From contig CAZCCG010000002.1 in NCBI GenBank assembly GCA_964497535.1, positions 104,227 through 168,226 of the forward strand: 64,000 nt of DNA. The letters are read 5' to 3'. The DNA comes from an uncultured Gammaproteobacteria bacterium (lineage in GTDB: Bacteria > Patescibacteriota > Microgenomatia > Levybacterales > UBA12049). Under the pieces are notes generated by a model. It was not told the DNA's origin and did not search any database. It saw only the letters and a program-made list of their open reading frames with translations. Positions 9,985-19,599 of the stretch are shown here, in pieces (the first letter of the stretch is position 1; the number at the start of each line of letters is the position of its first letter). A program made the translations under genes and the position numbers.

Positions 9985-10953
9985 TTATTGTCTGAATAAC
10001 CCTTCTGTAGTTCCCAAAAGCACTGCAAAGTCAGAGGTAAACTGAAAAAGGGGTAAATACCACAGTGCCGAAAGATGGTTGACATACCGGTAATTCTTTC
10101 CGATTGCCCAGAGACAATAAAAAATGAAAAAAAATAGTAAAAGTCCTATAAGAATATAATTCCCTGAAGTAAGAGCAATCACCAGAAGAATTCCTACCGA
10201 GAGATAGCGGGCAAAGATCAAAAATACCTTGGGTCTCCATAGCTTCGCTTGGGCATCGCCGAGGGCGAACCGGTAGAACATGGTATAGGCAGAAGTAAGA
10301 TTATCAGGTGGAATCCAGTATACTATAGCACTTTTTTCAAAGATAATTTTGTAGTTTTCGCTCTTCATTTTGTGGGCAAAAACATAGTCCTCATTATGAG
10401 AGAACTGCTCAGGAAACCCTCCGATTTTTTTCCATACGCTCTTTCGAAATGCCATAGAACGGGATGCGGGGAGAAAATTATCAGGAGTAACGTTGTCTTC
10501 CATAACCAAAACATAGGGGATAAGTGCCCGTTCAAAAAAAGTGTTCGAATAGCCACGATAATAGCCTGCAACTACTTCTGTCTTTGGATCTAAAAAGTGC
10601 TCATATATTTTCTCGATCCACTGAGAGTCCAGGCTACATCCGGCATCGGTAATAAAGATAACGTCCCCGCTGGATTTCCTAATCCCCTCATTTCTTCCTA
10701 CCGAACGATTCCCTCTTTTTTGCAAAATCTTTATAGGACTATTATCAGTCTTCTGTTGGTTGTGCTTAGTAGTATGATTTCTCTCTCTTAGATACTGAGT
10801 AATAACACCCATTGTATTATCGGCAGAACCTCCATCCACCAAAACAATTTCATCGGGATGACGCGTCTGCTGATCTATCGATTCCAACAATTTACCTATA
10901 GTATTTTCTTCGTTAAGGACTGTTATTACCAAAGATGTTCTTATTCTCGCCAT
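9985..10953 (-). CDS. GT2 glycosyltransferase with C-terminal TM helices (ArnC/GtrB-like)
   Basis: The VITVLNEENTIGKLLESI...VDGGSADNT motif region of GT2, with two C-terminal TM helices. Confidence 0.75.
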   Translation of the reverse strand: MARIRTSLVITVLNEENTIGKLLESIDQQTRHPDEIVLVDGGSADNTMGVITQYLRERNHTTKHNQQKTDNSPIKILQKRGNRSVGRNEGIRKSSGDVIFITDAGCSLDSQWIEKIYEHFLDPKTEVVAGYYRGYSNTFFERALIPYVLVMEDNVTPDNFLPASRSMAFRKSVWKKIGGFPEQFSHNEDYVFAHKMKSENYKIIFEKSAIVYWIPPDNLTSAYTMFYRFALGDAQAKLWRPKVFLIFARYLSVGILLVIALTSGNYILIGLLLFFFIFYCLWAIGKNYRYVNHLSALWYLPLFQFTSDFAVLLGTTEGLFRQ

Positions 10954-11981
10954 AAGTTAATATATAAATCGGCTACCCGATCCCACGTCTGCTCCCTCGC
11001 CCATGCATACGCCTTGCTGGTAAGAAGCTTTATCCTTTCGGGCTTATTTAGCAGATATTTTATTTGAATGCTAATCTCTTGGGAGGAATTGCCTATGATG
11101 AGGAATTTTGAAAAGGGAGTTAGCCTCAAATAGTCAGCTTTGAGAGGATTGTCGTATACCGCAAAGACAAGTCTTTTCGCAATAAAGGCTTCAAGGATGG
11201 ATAAATAGGAAGAAGCAAAGATAAAATCATACTTAGGAATTTCTTTCTCAACCCCCTTGGTGAATCCTGTTACACTCCCTACTGTCTCGACTTCCTGCCG
11301 GAGTGACCCATCACCTATGGCTGTAAACTCTACTTTCTGGTCACCTTCCCGTAATTGCCTGATAACATCTGCATACAATTCTATACCAGTATCTTTTTCA
11401 AGCCTCCCCAGGAAAGCAATTTTTATGACCTCTGCGGAAGGTTTTTTGTACAGAGACAGTATCGGATGGACTCCTCCATAGGTAATATAATTTGCCTTTG
11501 TATAGTACCACTTCTCAATAAACTCCCCAATACAGATATTTCCTTTTGACAACAGTTCACTCAATTTACGAATGACTATCGCCCTTTTTGCTGGAGGATA
11601 GACTCCTTCATATCCATGAAAGGTAGTGAAAACCGGCTTGTCCCGATAGATAAAACGGAAGGGTAAATACCAGAAAAAAACATCATGACAATGAATGACA
11701 TCAGCATCTTTGAGAATACTTTGATGATGGGAAAGCCAGGACCAAATCCGAAACTTTTTATACCAGTCGTCTTTCCCCGCCGGAATATGATGAATTGTTA
11801 ATCTACTCAGGACTGTTGGAGACAGGGGTAATTTGACCTTTGGATAACCGCTCGATAACTCTTCCGTAATGATAGTAACTTTATATCCTTTTTGGATCAG
11901 ATGCTTGGTAACCTCAAGGACATGGGTTTCAACTCCCCCAATGTGGGGATAGAAGTATTTGGTCAAAAAAACAACGGTCAT
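10941..11981 (-). CDS. GT4 (GT-B fold) glycosyltransferase
   Basis: N-terminal YFYPHIGGVETHVLEL-like motif; length and layout fit GT4. Confidence 0.7.
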   Translation of the reverse strand: MTVVFLTKYFYPHIGGVETHVLEVTKHLIQKGYKVTIITEELSSGYPKVKLPLSPTVLSRLTIHHIPAGKDDWYKKFRIWSWLSHHQSILKDADVIHCHDVFFWYLPFRFIYRDKPVFTTFHGYEGVYPPAKRAIVIRKLSELLSKGNICIGEFIEKWYYTKANYITYGGVHPILSLYKKPSAEVIKIAFLGRLEKDTGIELYADVIRQLREGDQKVEFTAIGDGSLRQEVETVGSVTGFTKGVEKEIPKYDFIFASSYLSILEAFIAKRLVFAVYDNPLKADYLRLTPFSKFLIIGNSSQEISIQIKYLLNKPERIKLLTSKAYAWAREQTWDRVADLYINLWRE

Positions 11982-12739
11982 GGTTTCTGGACTACGATGA
12001 AGATTTGGGATTCTCCAAAGAGCTTAAGAGAAATATAGTCTAGAAAGCTCACGATATCAACTAGAGAAAACTTGATAAAACGGATCAATTTGCCGGCAAT
12101 TGGATTGAGAAATAAAAAGTTACGCAAAACCCCTTCTGTTTTTTCCGTAGCAATAACGGTAAATCCAGCATTTTTTGCAATATCCTTGAGTTCCTCTACT
12201 GTATACCGGCGCAAGTGTCCAACTCTTTTATCAAAACCTGATGCATACCCCAACTTGTACAAAGGCGCGTTTTTTGATGGGGTGGACAAAATGGCTATTC
12301 CTTTTTTATTCAGGAGGTTAAAAATCTTCTTCATCGCATGCTTATCATCAGGCAAATGCTCCAGGACTTCACTGCAAAGTACATAATCATAGTTCCCCCC
12401 CGGCACCTTATGGGGAAATTCCATGGCTTCAAACTTCACATTTTTCAGATCCATCAATTTCGCGCTTTCCCTGGCAGATTCAACAGCCCTTTGTGAAATA
12501 TCAATCCCCACCACTGTATTGCCTTTGCTGGCCAGGTAGAAATCGATAGTCCCCGCCCCACAACCAATATCCAACACATTCCCCTTTTTTATGAATTTAT
12601 CAATGTATTTAATTATTATTTGATAAGTTATGTTGTTACCTTTAATCATATGGGTTTGTTTTGATGTGGTTTGATGAAAAATTTCATATTCTCTTTTATT
12701 CATGAGCTTAATTTTAACATTCAACAACATACTTGACAA
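11978..12739 (-). CDS. Class I SAM-dependent methyltransferase
   Basis: VLDIGCGAGTIDFYLA motif I and a downstream acidic motif. ATGA overlap with the GT4 gene. Confidence 0.75.
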   Translation of the reverse strand: MSSMLLNVKIKLMNKREYEIFHQTTSKQTHMIKGNNITYQIIIKYIDKFIKKGNVLDIGCGAGTIDFYLASKGNTVVGIDISQRAVESARESAKLMDLKNVKFEAMEFPHKVPGGNYDYVLCSEVLEHLPDDKHAMKKIFNLLNKKGIAILSTPSKNAPLYKLGYASGFDKRVGHLRRYTVEELKDIAKNAGFTVIATEKTEGVLRNFLFLNPIAGKLIRFIKFSLVDIVSFLDYISLKLFGESQIFIVVQKP

Positions 12740-15700
12740 ACAGTAACTTTTTTGATTATTCTGTTAATGTTGTGAGAAACTTCCTTGCCCAAAAGTTTCT
12801 TTTTTGGTTTATTCTAATAGCGGTATTACTCCTGCTATTTTCTTCTCGTTCTGTGTACGCAACTTCCAAAGTATTTAAGGATGATTTTGATGATGGCAAT
12901 GCTGATGGGTGGATTGTACCAAGGAATACATGTTTTTTTAATGGTTCTCCCTCACAATGGCAAGTTATTAATGGGAAGGTAGGGACAAAAATAAATGGTG
13001 GTGGGTGTATAACAGAACTAGTTCCTAATGATATTCTTTGGAATAATATTGGAGATAACTATTCGTTTGAATTTGACATGGACTTAGTTAGCGGAACGGA
13101 TCATAACTTTGGTTTTAGAAATACTGATCCAACTAAACTCTACTATGGAATCCATACATCTGCACCTAATTCTATGATATTACAACTGGTTGGTAATAGT
13201 AATATATACCAAAATACTGTTTATTTACCTGGAGAATTTTCTAATGGTCAAACTATACATTTTAAGATTGATGTGATAGGTGAACATATTAAGATATACA
13301 AGGGAATTCCTCCCCAACTAATATTAGATTATCCAGATGCCGGTGGATTAGCCCCAACTGGCAAAATAGTTTTACAAGCTTCTGCAGGAAGTGATCCTAG
13401 TTCTGAAACATATTTTGATAACATTGTTGTTACGAGTATTAATCCTGATCTTAATATTCCCTCTCTCAAACAAACGTCTGAACCATGGCAAGGACTTACT
13501 TATGATACTGCAAATATTTGGACTTCAGCCAATTCTACTATTAACCTATGGGGATGTGCCTTGACTTCAGTCACTATGGTTTTACAATATTACGGAATTA
13601 CAAAGCTAGTTGACGGAACAGTACTCAATCCAGGCACTCTTAATTCCTGGCTTAAGAGTCAAACTGATGGATATATAGGTAATGGTCTTTTGAACTGGCT
13701 AGCAATCTCAAGACTTAGCAAATTAGCAAAAGTACAAAATTCTTCCTTTTTATATGATGCACTTGAATTTCGAAGAATAAGTGGATCAGATTCGGCTCAA
13801 TTAACTTATGATATTAATAACTTAACTCCAGATATCTTAGAAGAACCCGGGCATTTTGTTGTTGCGAAAGGCATGAATGGAAATACTTTTAACATTAATG
13901 ATCCATATTATGACCGATTAACCCTCAATGAAGGTTATAATAATTCCTATTTATCGATTGAAAAATATATTCCTTCCCACACCAACCTCTCTTATATTTT
14001 ATTAGCTATTGACCCAAGTATGGATTTACTTATAATCGATCCACAAAATAATAAAACAGGGTCAGATGGAATAACAAACTATACACAAATTTCAAACTCC
14101 TCCTATTATTTACAAACTGGAATAACAGCACCTATCACCGGGATAACTTCTACTTCAAAAAAAATTCTTCTCCTTCCTACTCCTGTTGATGGAAATTATT
14201 CAATTGTTATTTATACAAACAATTCTTCTGTTCAAAACACCACTTTTAACCTCTATGAATACAATAAAAGTGGATATTTAAGTACGGCAACTTTTAGCGC
14301 AGCTCTGAAGCAAAATTTTCCTGCTCAGTATGAATTTATCTTCTCCCAAGATCTAGATCAACAATCAGCACCTATTGATAATACGAAACCAAAAATAATA
14401 AGTGCTAAAACTGCAGATACTGATAAAAACGGCAGGCTGGATGAAATAATAATAACATTTTCAAAGGATTTATTAGGATCCACGGTTACCAATTCTGACT
14501 TTTCTGTAACAACTTATACGCTAAAGCAAAACCAAGATGCTTCTGAAAATAACGGTGTTGTTACTTTGTATCTTGTTGAAAAAACAGAGAACGATACAGG
14601 ACAAACTCCGAAGATTTCATTAGCTAATCATGGAGTTGAAGATTTTAGTAATGGAAATTGGAATACTGAACAAACTATTACGACACAAGATTTTGCATCA
14701 CCGCTCGTTCCTATCATAAATATTGCTCAAGGTGATTATTATGCACCACAGCTGCTAACAATTTCCAGCTCAGATTTACCAAATATCCCTTCCCTTTACT
14801 ATACTTTTGATGGTTCAGATCCAGCTTCTTCCAGCAGTAGACTCCTCTATTCGACCCCTTTAACTATATCCGATGATCTGATTTTCAAAGCAGTTGCTAT
14901 AGATACAGGAGGAAATATTAGTGACACTCGCATTCAAACATATGGAATTGCTCCAGTTATTGATCCTGATTCTATTACCGTAACGGTAAGTGATACAGTC
15001 GCACTCGTATCTTGGACAACTAATAAAAACTCATATAGTAGAGTTATTTTTGGCAAACAACCAAAAAACATTCTTACATTTACTACGAGTGGTGGAACAT
15101 ATGGATATGAAAATACTACAATTGAAGATAATACTCGTGTACAAAATCATACTGTTACCCTTCCAAACCTTGAACCCGGATCAACATACTATTATCGAGT
15201 TATATCACGAGCAAGTCCTGAGCAAATTAGTACTGAAAGAAATTTTACTATTCCTGTAACTCCTATTGAATCTGTTATTTCATCAACTTCGCATTCTCCA
15301 GCCTCCCCCCAATTATCTAGCTCTATCTCTTCTTCAAATTTTTCCAAAAATATGGATTCATCTCAACCCTGTAATGATCAAAAACCTCAGAATTCTCCAG
15401 TACTTCTTTCTGCATTCCCAGGTATCAATACAGTAACACTTACTTGGACAGAATCTTCAACTCCGGTATCTTATTATTTAGTTTCTTATGGAATACATAG
15501 TGGGGAAACAATATATGGCAATCCCAATATTGGAGGTCGGGGAACAACGAGTTACGTGGTAGAAAATTTGTCAGGTGGAAAAAGATATTATTTTAAGATA
15601 CGTGCAGGAAATGGATGTATGCCCGGGGAGTATTCAAATGAAATTACCGCAACACCACTTGGTTTTGAATTGACAGGTATTGGAAGAGGATTTACAAAAG

Positions 15701-15921
15701 ATGTTCTAGGAACATCGACTAATGAAATTACAAAATTAAAACAACATCCAATCAGTTCTTTTATTATGAATACTAACACCCAATCGGCAAAATCAAATCT
15801 ACTAGTATTAAATAACCTTGAAACTACACTTAAAATTGTTTTTATCACTTTAGGATTAACCCTTGTAGGATGGGGTGGAATTAATATTTGGAGATTCTAC
15901 ATTGAAAAAGATCAAGTCTAA
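12733..15921 (+). CDS. Large secreted/surface protein with DUF1080-like N-terminal domain, C39-like papain-fold peptidase domain, FN3-like repeats and C-terminal TM anchor
   Basis: The WGCALTSVTMVLQYYGI motif resembles the C39/C39-like catalytic Cys region. N-terminal signal/TM segment. The C-terminal Cys-containing FN3-like module (TLTW...YYFKIRAGNGC) is followed by a TM helix. The true start may be the GTG at 12772. Confidence 0.5.
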   Translation: MTNSNFFDYSVNVVRNFLAQKFLFWFILIAVLLLLFSSRSVYATSKVFKDDFDDGNADGWIVPRNTCFFNGSPSQWQVINGKVGTKINGGGCITELVPNDILWNNIGDNYSFEFDMDLVSGTDHNFGFRNTDPTKLYYGIHTSAPNSMILQLVGNSNIYQNTVYLPGEFSNGQTIHFKIDVIGEHIKIYKGIPPQLILDYPDAGGLAPTGKIVLQASAGSDPSSETYFDNIVVTSINPDLNIPSLKQTSEPWQGLTYDTANIWTSANSTINLWGCALTSVTMVLQYYGITKLVDGTVLNPGTLNSWLKSQTDGYIGNGLLNWLAISRLSKLAKVQNSSFLYDALEFRRISGSDSAQLTYDINNLTPDILEEPGHFVVAKGMNGNTFNINDPYYDRLTLNEGYNNSYLSIEKYIPSHTNLSYILLAIDPSMDLLIIDPQNNKTGSDGITNYTQISNSSYYLQTGITAPITGITSTSKKILLLPTPVDGNYSIVIYTNNSSVQNTTFNLYEYNKSGYLSTATFSAALKQNFPAQYEFIFSQDLDQQSAPIDNTKPKIISAKTADTDKNGRLDEIIITFSKDLLGSTVTNSDFSVTTYTLKQNQDASENNGVVTLYLVEKTENDTGQTPKISLANHGVEDFSNGNWNTEQTITTQDFASPLVPIINIAQGDYYAPQLLTISSSDLPNIPSLYYTFDGSDPASSSSRLLYSTPLTISDDLIFKAVAIDTGGNISDTRIQTYGIAPVIDPDSITVTVSDTVALVSWTTNKNSYSRVIFGKQPKNILTFTTSGGTYGYENTTIEDNTRVQNHTVTLPNLEPGSTYYYRVISRASPEQISTERNFTIPVTPIESVISSTSHSPASPQLSSSISSSNFSKNMDSSQPCNDQKPQNSPVLLSAFPGINTVTLTWTESSTPVSYYLVSYGIHSGETIYGNPNIGGRGTTSYVVENLSGGKRYYFKIRAGNGCMPGEYSNEITATPLGFELTGIGRGFTKDVLGTSTNEITKLKQHPISSFIMNTNTQSAKSNLLVLNNLETTLKIVFITLGLTLVGWGGINIWRFYIEKDQV

Positions 15922-15994
15922 TACTTTGTATTAAAAAAAGAGAATGAATAATGGTGTTTGTCTCAGGAATTAAGTAAGAAGTAGTTTAATTTTA

Positions 15995-16026
15995 GCTAGA
16001 CACACCCGGTGTGTTAGGTAGACACA
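15995..16026 (-). repeat. REP-like palindromic element, copy A (reverse orientation)
   Basis: CTAGACACACCCGGTGTGTTAGGTAGACACAT is the reverse complement of the GATGTGTCTACCTAG-CACACACCGGGTGTGTG unit seen in copies C and D. Confidence 0.6.
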
Positions 16027-16040
16027 TAAGGATTTTATTT

Positions 16041-16712
16041 ATGCCATACAGAAAAGAACCAATTATTGTTAATCAGATCTACCATGTATTTAATAGAAGT
16101 ATTGCCAAACAGCCAATTTTTATTAATACTAGGGATTTTAAACGAATTACGAAACTCATTGATTTTTATAGATACAAGAACCTTCCATTACGTTTTTCTC
16201 ACTTTCAACGTATATCCTATGAGGAAAAAGTGGAAATAAAGAATACATTTATGATTCAAGAAAACCTTTCTATCGATATTCTCTGTTATTGTATAATGCC
16301 AAATCATATCCATTTTTTACTACGAGTAGTCAAATCTCAAGGGATATCTAATTTTATGAGAAATTTACAAAATAGTTATTCAAAATATTTTAATACTAAA
16401 TATCATAGAACAGGTTCTTTATTTCAGGACATGTTTAAAGCCGTCTTAATTGAAACAAATGAACAGTTAATTCATGTTTCAAAATATATCCATTTAAATC
16501 CGGCTACAGCATATATGGTTGAAATCGATAAATTAGAAACTTATGAGTGGTCATCATTTAAAAGTTATCTTGTAAATGATATTAATTCTTTAATTGAAGA
16601 TAGAACAGTTATGAATTTTTTTAGAACAAAAGAAGATTATAAAAGCTTTGTATTAGACCAAGCAACCTACCAAAGAGATCTAGACAATATCAAACATTTA
16701 ATGTTAGAGTGA
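16041..16712 (+). CDS. HUH Y1 transposase, IS200-like / REP-associated tyrosine transposase (RAYT)
   Basis: HuH motif MPNHIHFLL and catalytic Tyr motif KYIHLNP. 223 aa. Flanked by inverted REP-like copies A and B. The ORF-track start at 16011 (a GTG inside the repeat) was replaced by the ATG at 16041. Confidence 0.8.
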   Translation: MPYRKEPIIVNQIYHVFNRSIAKQPIFINTRDFKRITKLIDFYRYKNLPLRFSHFQRISYEEKVEIKNTFMIQENLSIDILCYCIMPNHIHFLLRVVKSQGISNFMRNLQNSYSKYFNTKYHRTGSLFQDMFKAVLIETNEQLIHVSKYIHLNPATAYMVEIDKLETYEWSSFKSYLVNDINSLIEDRTVMNFFRTKEDYKSFVLDQATYQRDLDNIKHLMLE

Positions 16713-16715
16713 ATT

Positions 16716-16775
16716 CCTGATGTGTCTAGCCCTGCCTGCCGGCAGGCAGGTGGCACACAACGGGTGTGTGGAATT
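16716..16775 (+). repeat. REP-like element, copy B, with an embedded GC-rich perfect palindrome
   Basis: CCTGATGTGTCTAG + CCTGCCTGCCGGCAGGCAGG (a perfect 20-nt palindrome) + TGGCACACAACGGGTGTGTGG. Confidence 0.6.
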
Positions 16776-18154
16776 TAGAGGAAGTGGCGGAGGAAGTTGG
16801 CATAGCGTGGATGTCGTAATTTCTCAAAAATTTCTTCTTCTAGCTGCCCGATACGCTGCCGGTTGGTCCCAACCCGTTCTCCTACCTCTTTTCCTGTACG
16901 TTGTATACCATCCTCCAGACCGAGCCGTAATTTCAATACTTCCAAATCTCTTTTGGTCAGAAGACCTGATCCGGGTACATAATCCTCATTCGCTACACTG
17001 TGGTCGTCCAAATAGGTAAGTATTTCATCCAGTGAAACTGAGGATACTGCCTGCTCCTGAGGGAGAGGTTTTTTATCCTTAGCAAATTCCAGCAATGTAA
17101 CACCATTCACATCAAGTGGTATATCAGAAGACACAGTATAGATTTTCTCCGCTTCCTGGATTTGTCTGATTTGTTTCTCTCCAAAAGGAGCACCTTTTCT
17201 GCCAATTAACTCCTCATCAGGTACTTCTCTTCCTTCTTCAATGCTTACTCGAGTACGATATTCATTCCATCGTCTCATTTTAGCGTGCATATGGATTGCT
17301 ATACGAATGGTAGTTCCATGATTATCCCTAAATCGGCTTTGAGCTTGCCGAATCCACCAGGTGGCGTAGGTTGAAAATGCATACCCCTGCCACCGTTCAT
17401 ATAATTCCACTGATTTTATTACCCCCATTGCTCCAACCTGGGTTAACTCCTTATACATGTCGTCTGAAAGATGAAAACGGCCTGCATTTGACATAGCCAG
17501 ACGGACATTGCGCTCAATCAGTTCTTGTTCTCCTCGCTTCCCTGCTGCAATCAGATCAGACAACGCCTCCTCATCGATACTTCCCACACGGATATCGCGC
17601 GTCACAGCAATCCCATCATATATTGGCAGGGGGTCTTTGACAAATTGGCTTTTCTTTTTCTGCTCTGCGAGTTTTGCATCACGTTCCTCCTGTTTTTTCA
17701 CTAATATATACGGAGAAATAAGCTCGGAAAGGGGATATCCCTCTACGCAAACCCCAGCCAGTACGTTGTGTACCTCCTGCTGTGTATAGGGAACTTTTCC
17801 AAAATTGAGTCTATGTCCGGTCAGAATAGTTCTCCCCACAAGCCCAGCCTGCAGAGTCTGAGCAATTCTACCCCGTTCTATTTCCTCACATAGCGCTGAT
17901 TCTATTTCTTTATTCTCCAGCGGACGGATAACATCAGGATGCAACCCATAGACTCCCTGCTTTTCCATAACATATTCCAATTCCTCATGGGAAGCCCCCA
18001 GGTATCCATTTCTATCTCCTCCAATGATTGGAACTGCTTCCTCCAATAGTTCACTCTCCAAGTCATCTAATTGCTCGTAAACTTGATCATCTCCCACCAA
18101 CTCCAATTCAGCAGCATCTTCACGTGGATTTAGAAATTCATTTTCTTGTCTCAT
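16775..18154 (-). CDS. RNA polymerase sigma-70 family factor (RpoD-like, regions 1.2-4 present)
   Basis: Region 2 FSTYATWWIRQAQSRF and IRIAIHM. Region 4 LTKRDLEVLKLRLGL...VGERVGTNRQRIGQLEEEIFEKLRHP. Acidic N-terminal region. GC content is markedly higher than in the flanking genes. Confidence 0.85.
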   Translation of the reverse strand: MRQENEFLNPREDAAELELVGDDQVYEQLDDLESELLEEAVPIIGGDRNGYLGASHEELEYVMEKQGVYGLHPDVIRPLENKEIESALCEEIERGRIAQTLQAGLVGRTILTGHRLNFGKVPYTQQEVHNVLAGVCVEGYPLSELISPYILVKKQEERDAKLAEQKKKSQFVKDPLPIYDGIAVTRDIRVGSIDEEALSDLIAAGKRGEQELIERNVRLAMSNAGRFHLSDDMYKELTQVGAMGVIKSVELYERWQGYAFSTYATWWIRQAQSRFRDNHGTTIRIAIHMHAKMRRWNEYRTRVSIEEGREVPDEELIGRKGAPFGEKQIRQIQEAEKIYTVSSDIPLDVNGVTLLEFAKDKKPLPQEQAVSSVSLDEILTYLDDHSVANEDYVPGSGLLTKRDLEVLKLRLGLEDGIQRTGKEVGERVGTNRQRIGQLEEEIFEKLRHPRYANFLRHFL

Positions 18155-18215
18155 AAAAAATCATGATAACACTTGATTATTGTATTATCAAAATGGTGAT
18201 TAACAATGCTGAGGA

Positions 18216-19517
18216 TTAGACTTTGGTTACATTCATGTGCATGATATGGGGAGCTTCAATAAAATGACGGATCCTTTTGTCATGTATCTCACGGGATACT
18301 CTTTCAGCGTCAACTTCACAAGGGAATACTGTTTCTATCTGGGACCCATCTCCCATGAGGTCTACAATCGTAAAATGGACTTTATCATCTTCATCTATAA
18401 AAAAACTATACATGTCAGTACCAAATTGGTAAAACTTTCCGCTTTGCAAACCTTCAGATATATCGGAAGCTTTAAATGTTCTTAATTGTGTGTAAAATGG
18501 CGGTTCCGGCGTTAACCCTCCATTTTCATGGGATGTAGTAATACGAAACGCTGAATCTGGCGATTGCGGCATTACAATAAAGACAGTATAGTTACCAGCT
18601 TGTTGCATTCTCAGGATATTGGTATCGAGCAAATCCGCAATTGCGCGGGTTACACTTAAATTCTCCAACGAGGCTTGCTCACGGATAGTACAGGTACCCA
18701 AATCTTGCGGTAACATACCAATCGCATGTGAATGAATATAATCGATTAAAATATCCCTATCTTTTTGTTCCATCTCATCATCCACACCGCGTGTCACAAC
18801 ACGTTGTGCAATAGCATACAGGTTTTCAATAATCCTATTTTGGTCCTTAGGCGGAAGCGAGCCAAGTAAGCTGTTTTCATATGCTTCCAATTCGTCCTTT
18901 TCTTCTTCTGCAACTTCCTCATCATCTAATAGAGGATCTGCGTTATCCAGCAAAGCACGAACTCCATAATGGTCATAAAAATGGGCCAAATCCCTGACAT
19001 TTGCAGAAACTTTTCGTCTCAAAAGCACCTGTTGACGTTCATCTGAGGGTAAAGATAATAACTCTGAATCATCCGGTAATGGAGTATCTACATACACACC
19101 AAATTTCTCAAGTTCTCCAAATACCCCATAGACAGCCTGTACGTTCCGCAGTAACTGTCTATGAGGAAGCTTCATGGCAACTGACATCCGTCCCTCGTTA
19201 TCGTACTGTGCTACTTCAACCGGCGGAAGCCCTTCTCGATCATAGGGCGTAAAATAATAGGCAACTTCCTCAAGGCTTTCTAAATCTTCACCATATTGTT
19301 CAAAACGAGTACGGCTTTGTCCGGATTGGGTAAATTCTTCAAGATGCTCTACCGTACCTCTTCTCAAATCAACAATGCAGGTTTTGTCAACATAAGGACC
19401 TTTGTTCCTTAAAACAAATGCTTTTTCTCCTGTTGAGGGATCTACTACTTTCCATTCCCAATCAGAAGGTGTAGAGGGTATACCATTGGGGGGTTGATCT
19501 TCTGGTCCTCGTCCCAT
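18216..19517 (-). CDS. Hypothetical acidic protein (no recognisable domain)
   Basis: Long ORF in the GC-rich segment. The ORF-track start (MLGRHIR...) lies inside REP copy C, so it was trimmed to the ATG giving MGRGPEDQ. Confidence 0.45.
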   Translation of the reverse strand: MGRGPEDQPPNGIPSTPSDWEWKVVDPSTGEKAFVLRNKGPYVDKTCIVDLRRGTVEHLEEFTQSGQSRTRFEQYGEDLESLEEVAYYFTPYDREGLPPVEVAQYDNEGRMSVAMKLPHRQLLRNVQAVYGVFGELEKFGVYVDTPLPDDSELLSLPSDERQQVLLRRKVSANVRDLAHFYDHYGVRALLDNADPLLDDEEVAEEEKDELEAYENSLLGSLPPKDQNRIIENLYAIAQRVVTRGVDDEMEQKDRDILIDYIHSHAIGMLPQDLGTCTIREQASLENLSVTRAIADLLDTNILRMQQAGNYTVFIVMPQSPDSAFRITTSHENGGLTPEPPFYTQLRTFKASDISEGLQSGKFYQFGTDMYSFFIDEDDKVHFTIVDLMGDGSQIETVFPCEVDAERVSREIHDKRIRHFIEAPHIMHMNVTKV

Positions 19518-19599
19518 AAAAATGAATTTTAACACTTTGGTTGAGAAAGGAAAAGCTCCAATAAATTGTGCTATGTAAAGAGAATTTTCAGCAACGCTC

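Larger units (their letters stand above)
15995..16775 (+). mobile_element. REP-RAYT unit (transposase gene bracketed by inverted REP-like repeats)
   Basis: Copy A at 15995-16026 and copy B at 16716-16775 lie in opposite orientations around the Y1 transposase gene. Confidence 0.6.

Noticed and set aside
16720-16775. GC-rich perfect palindrome in REP copy B, considered as a separate insertion sequence end or integrase attachment site
   Set aside because: No integrase or recombinase gene is nearby. It is more simply a variant REP with an extra stem-loop, and it may also terminate the convergent RAYT and sigma-factor transcripts.
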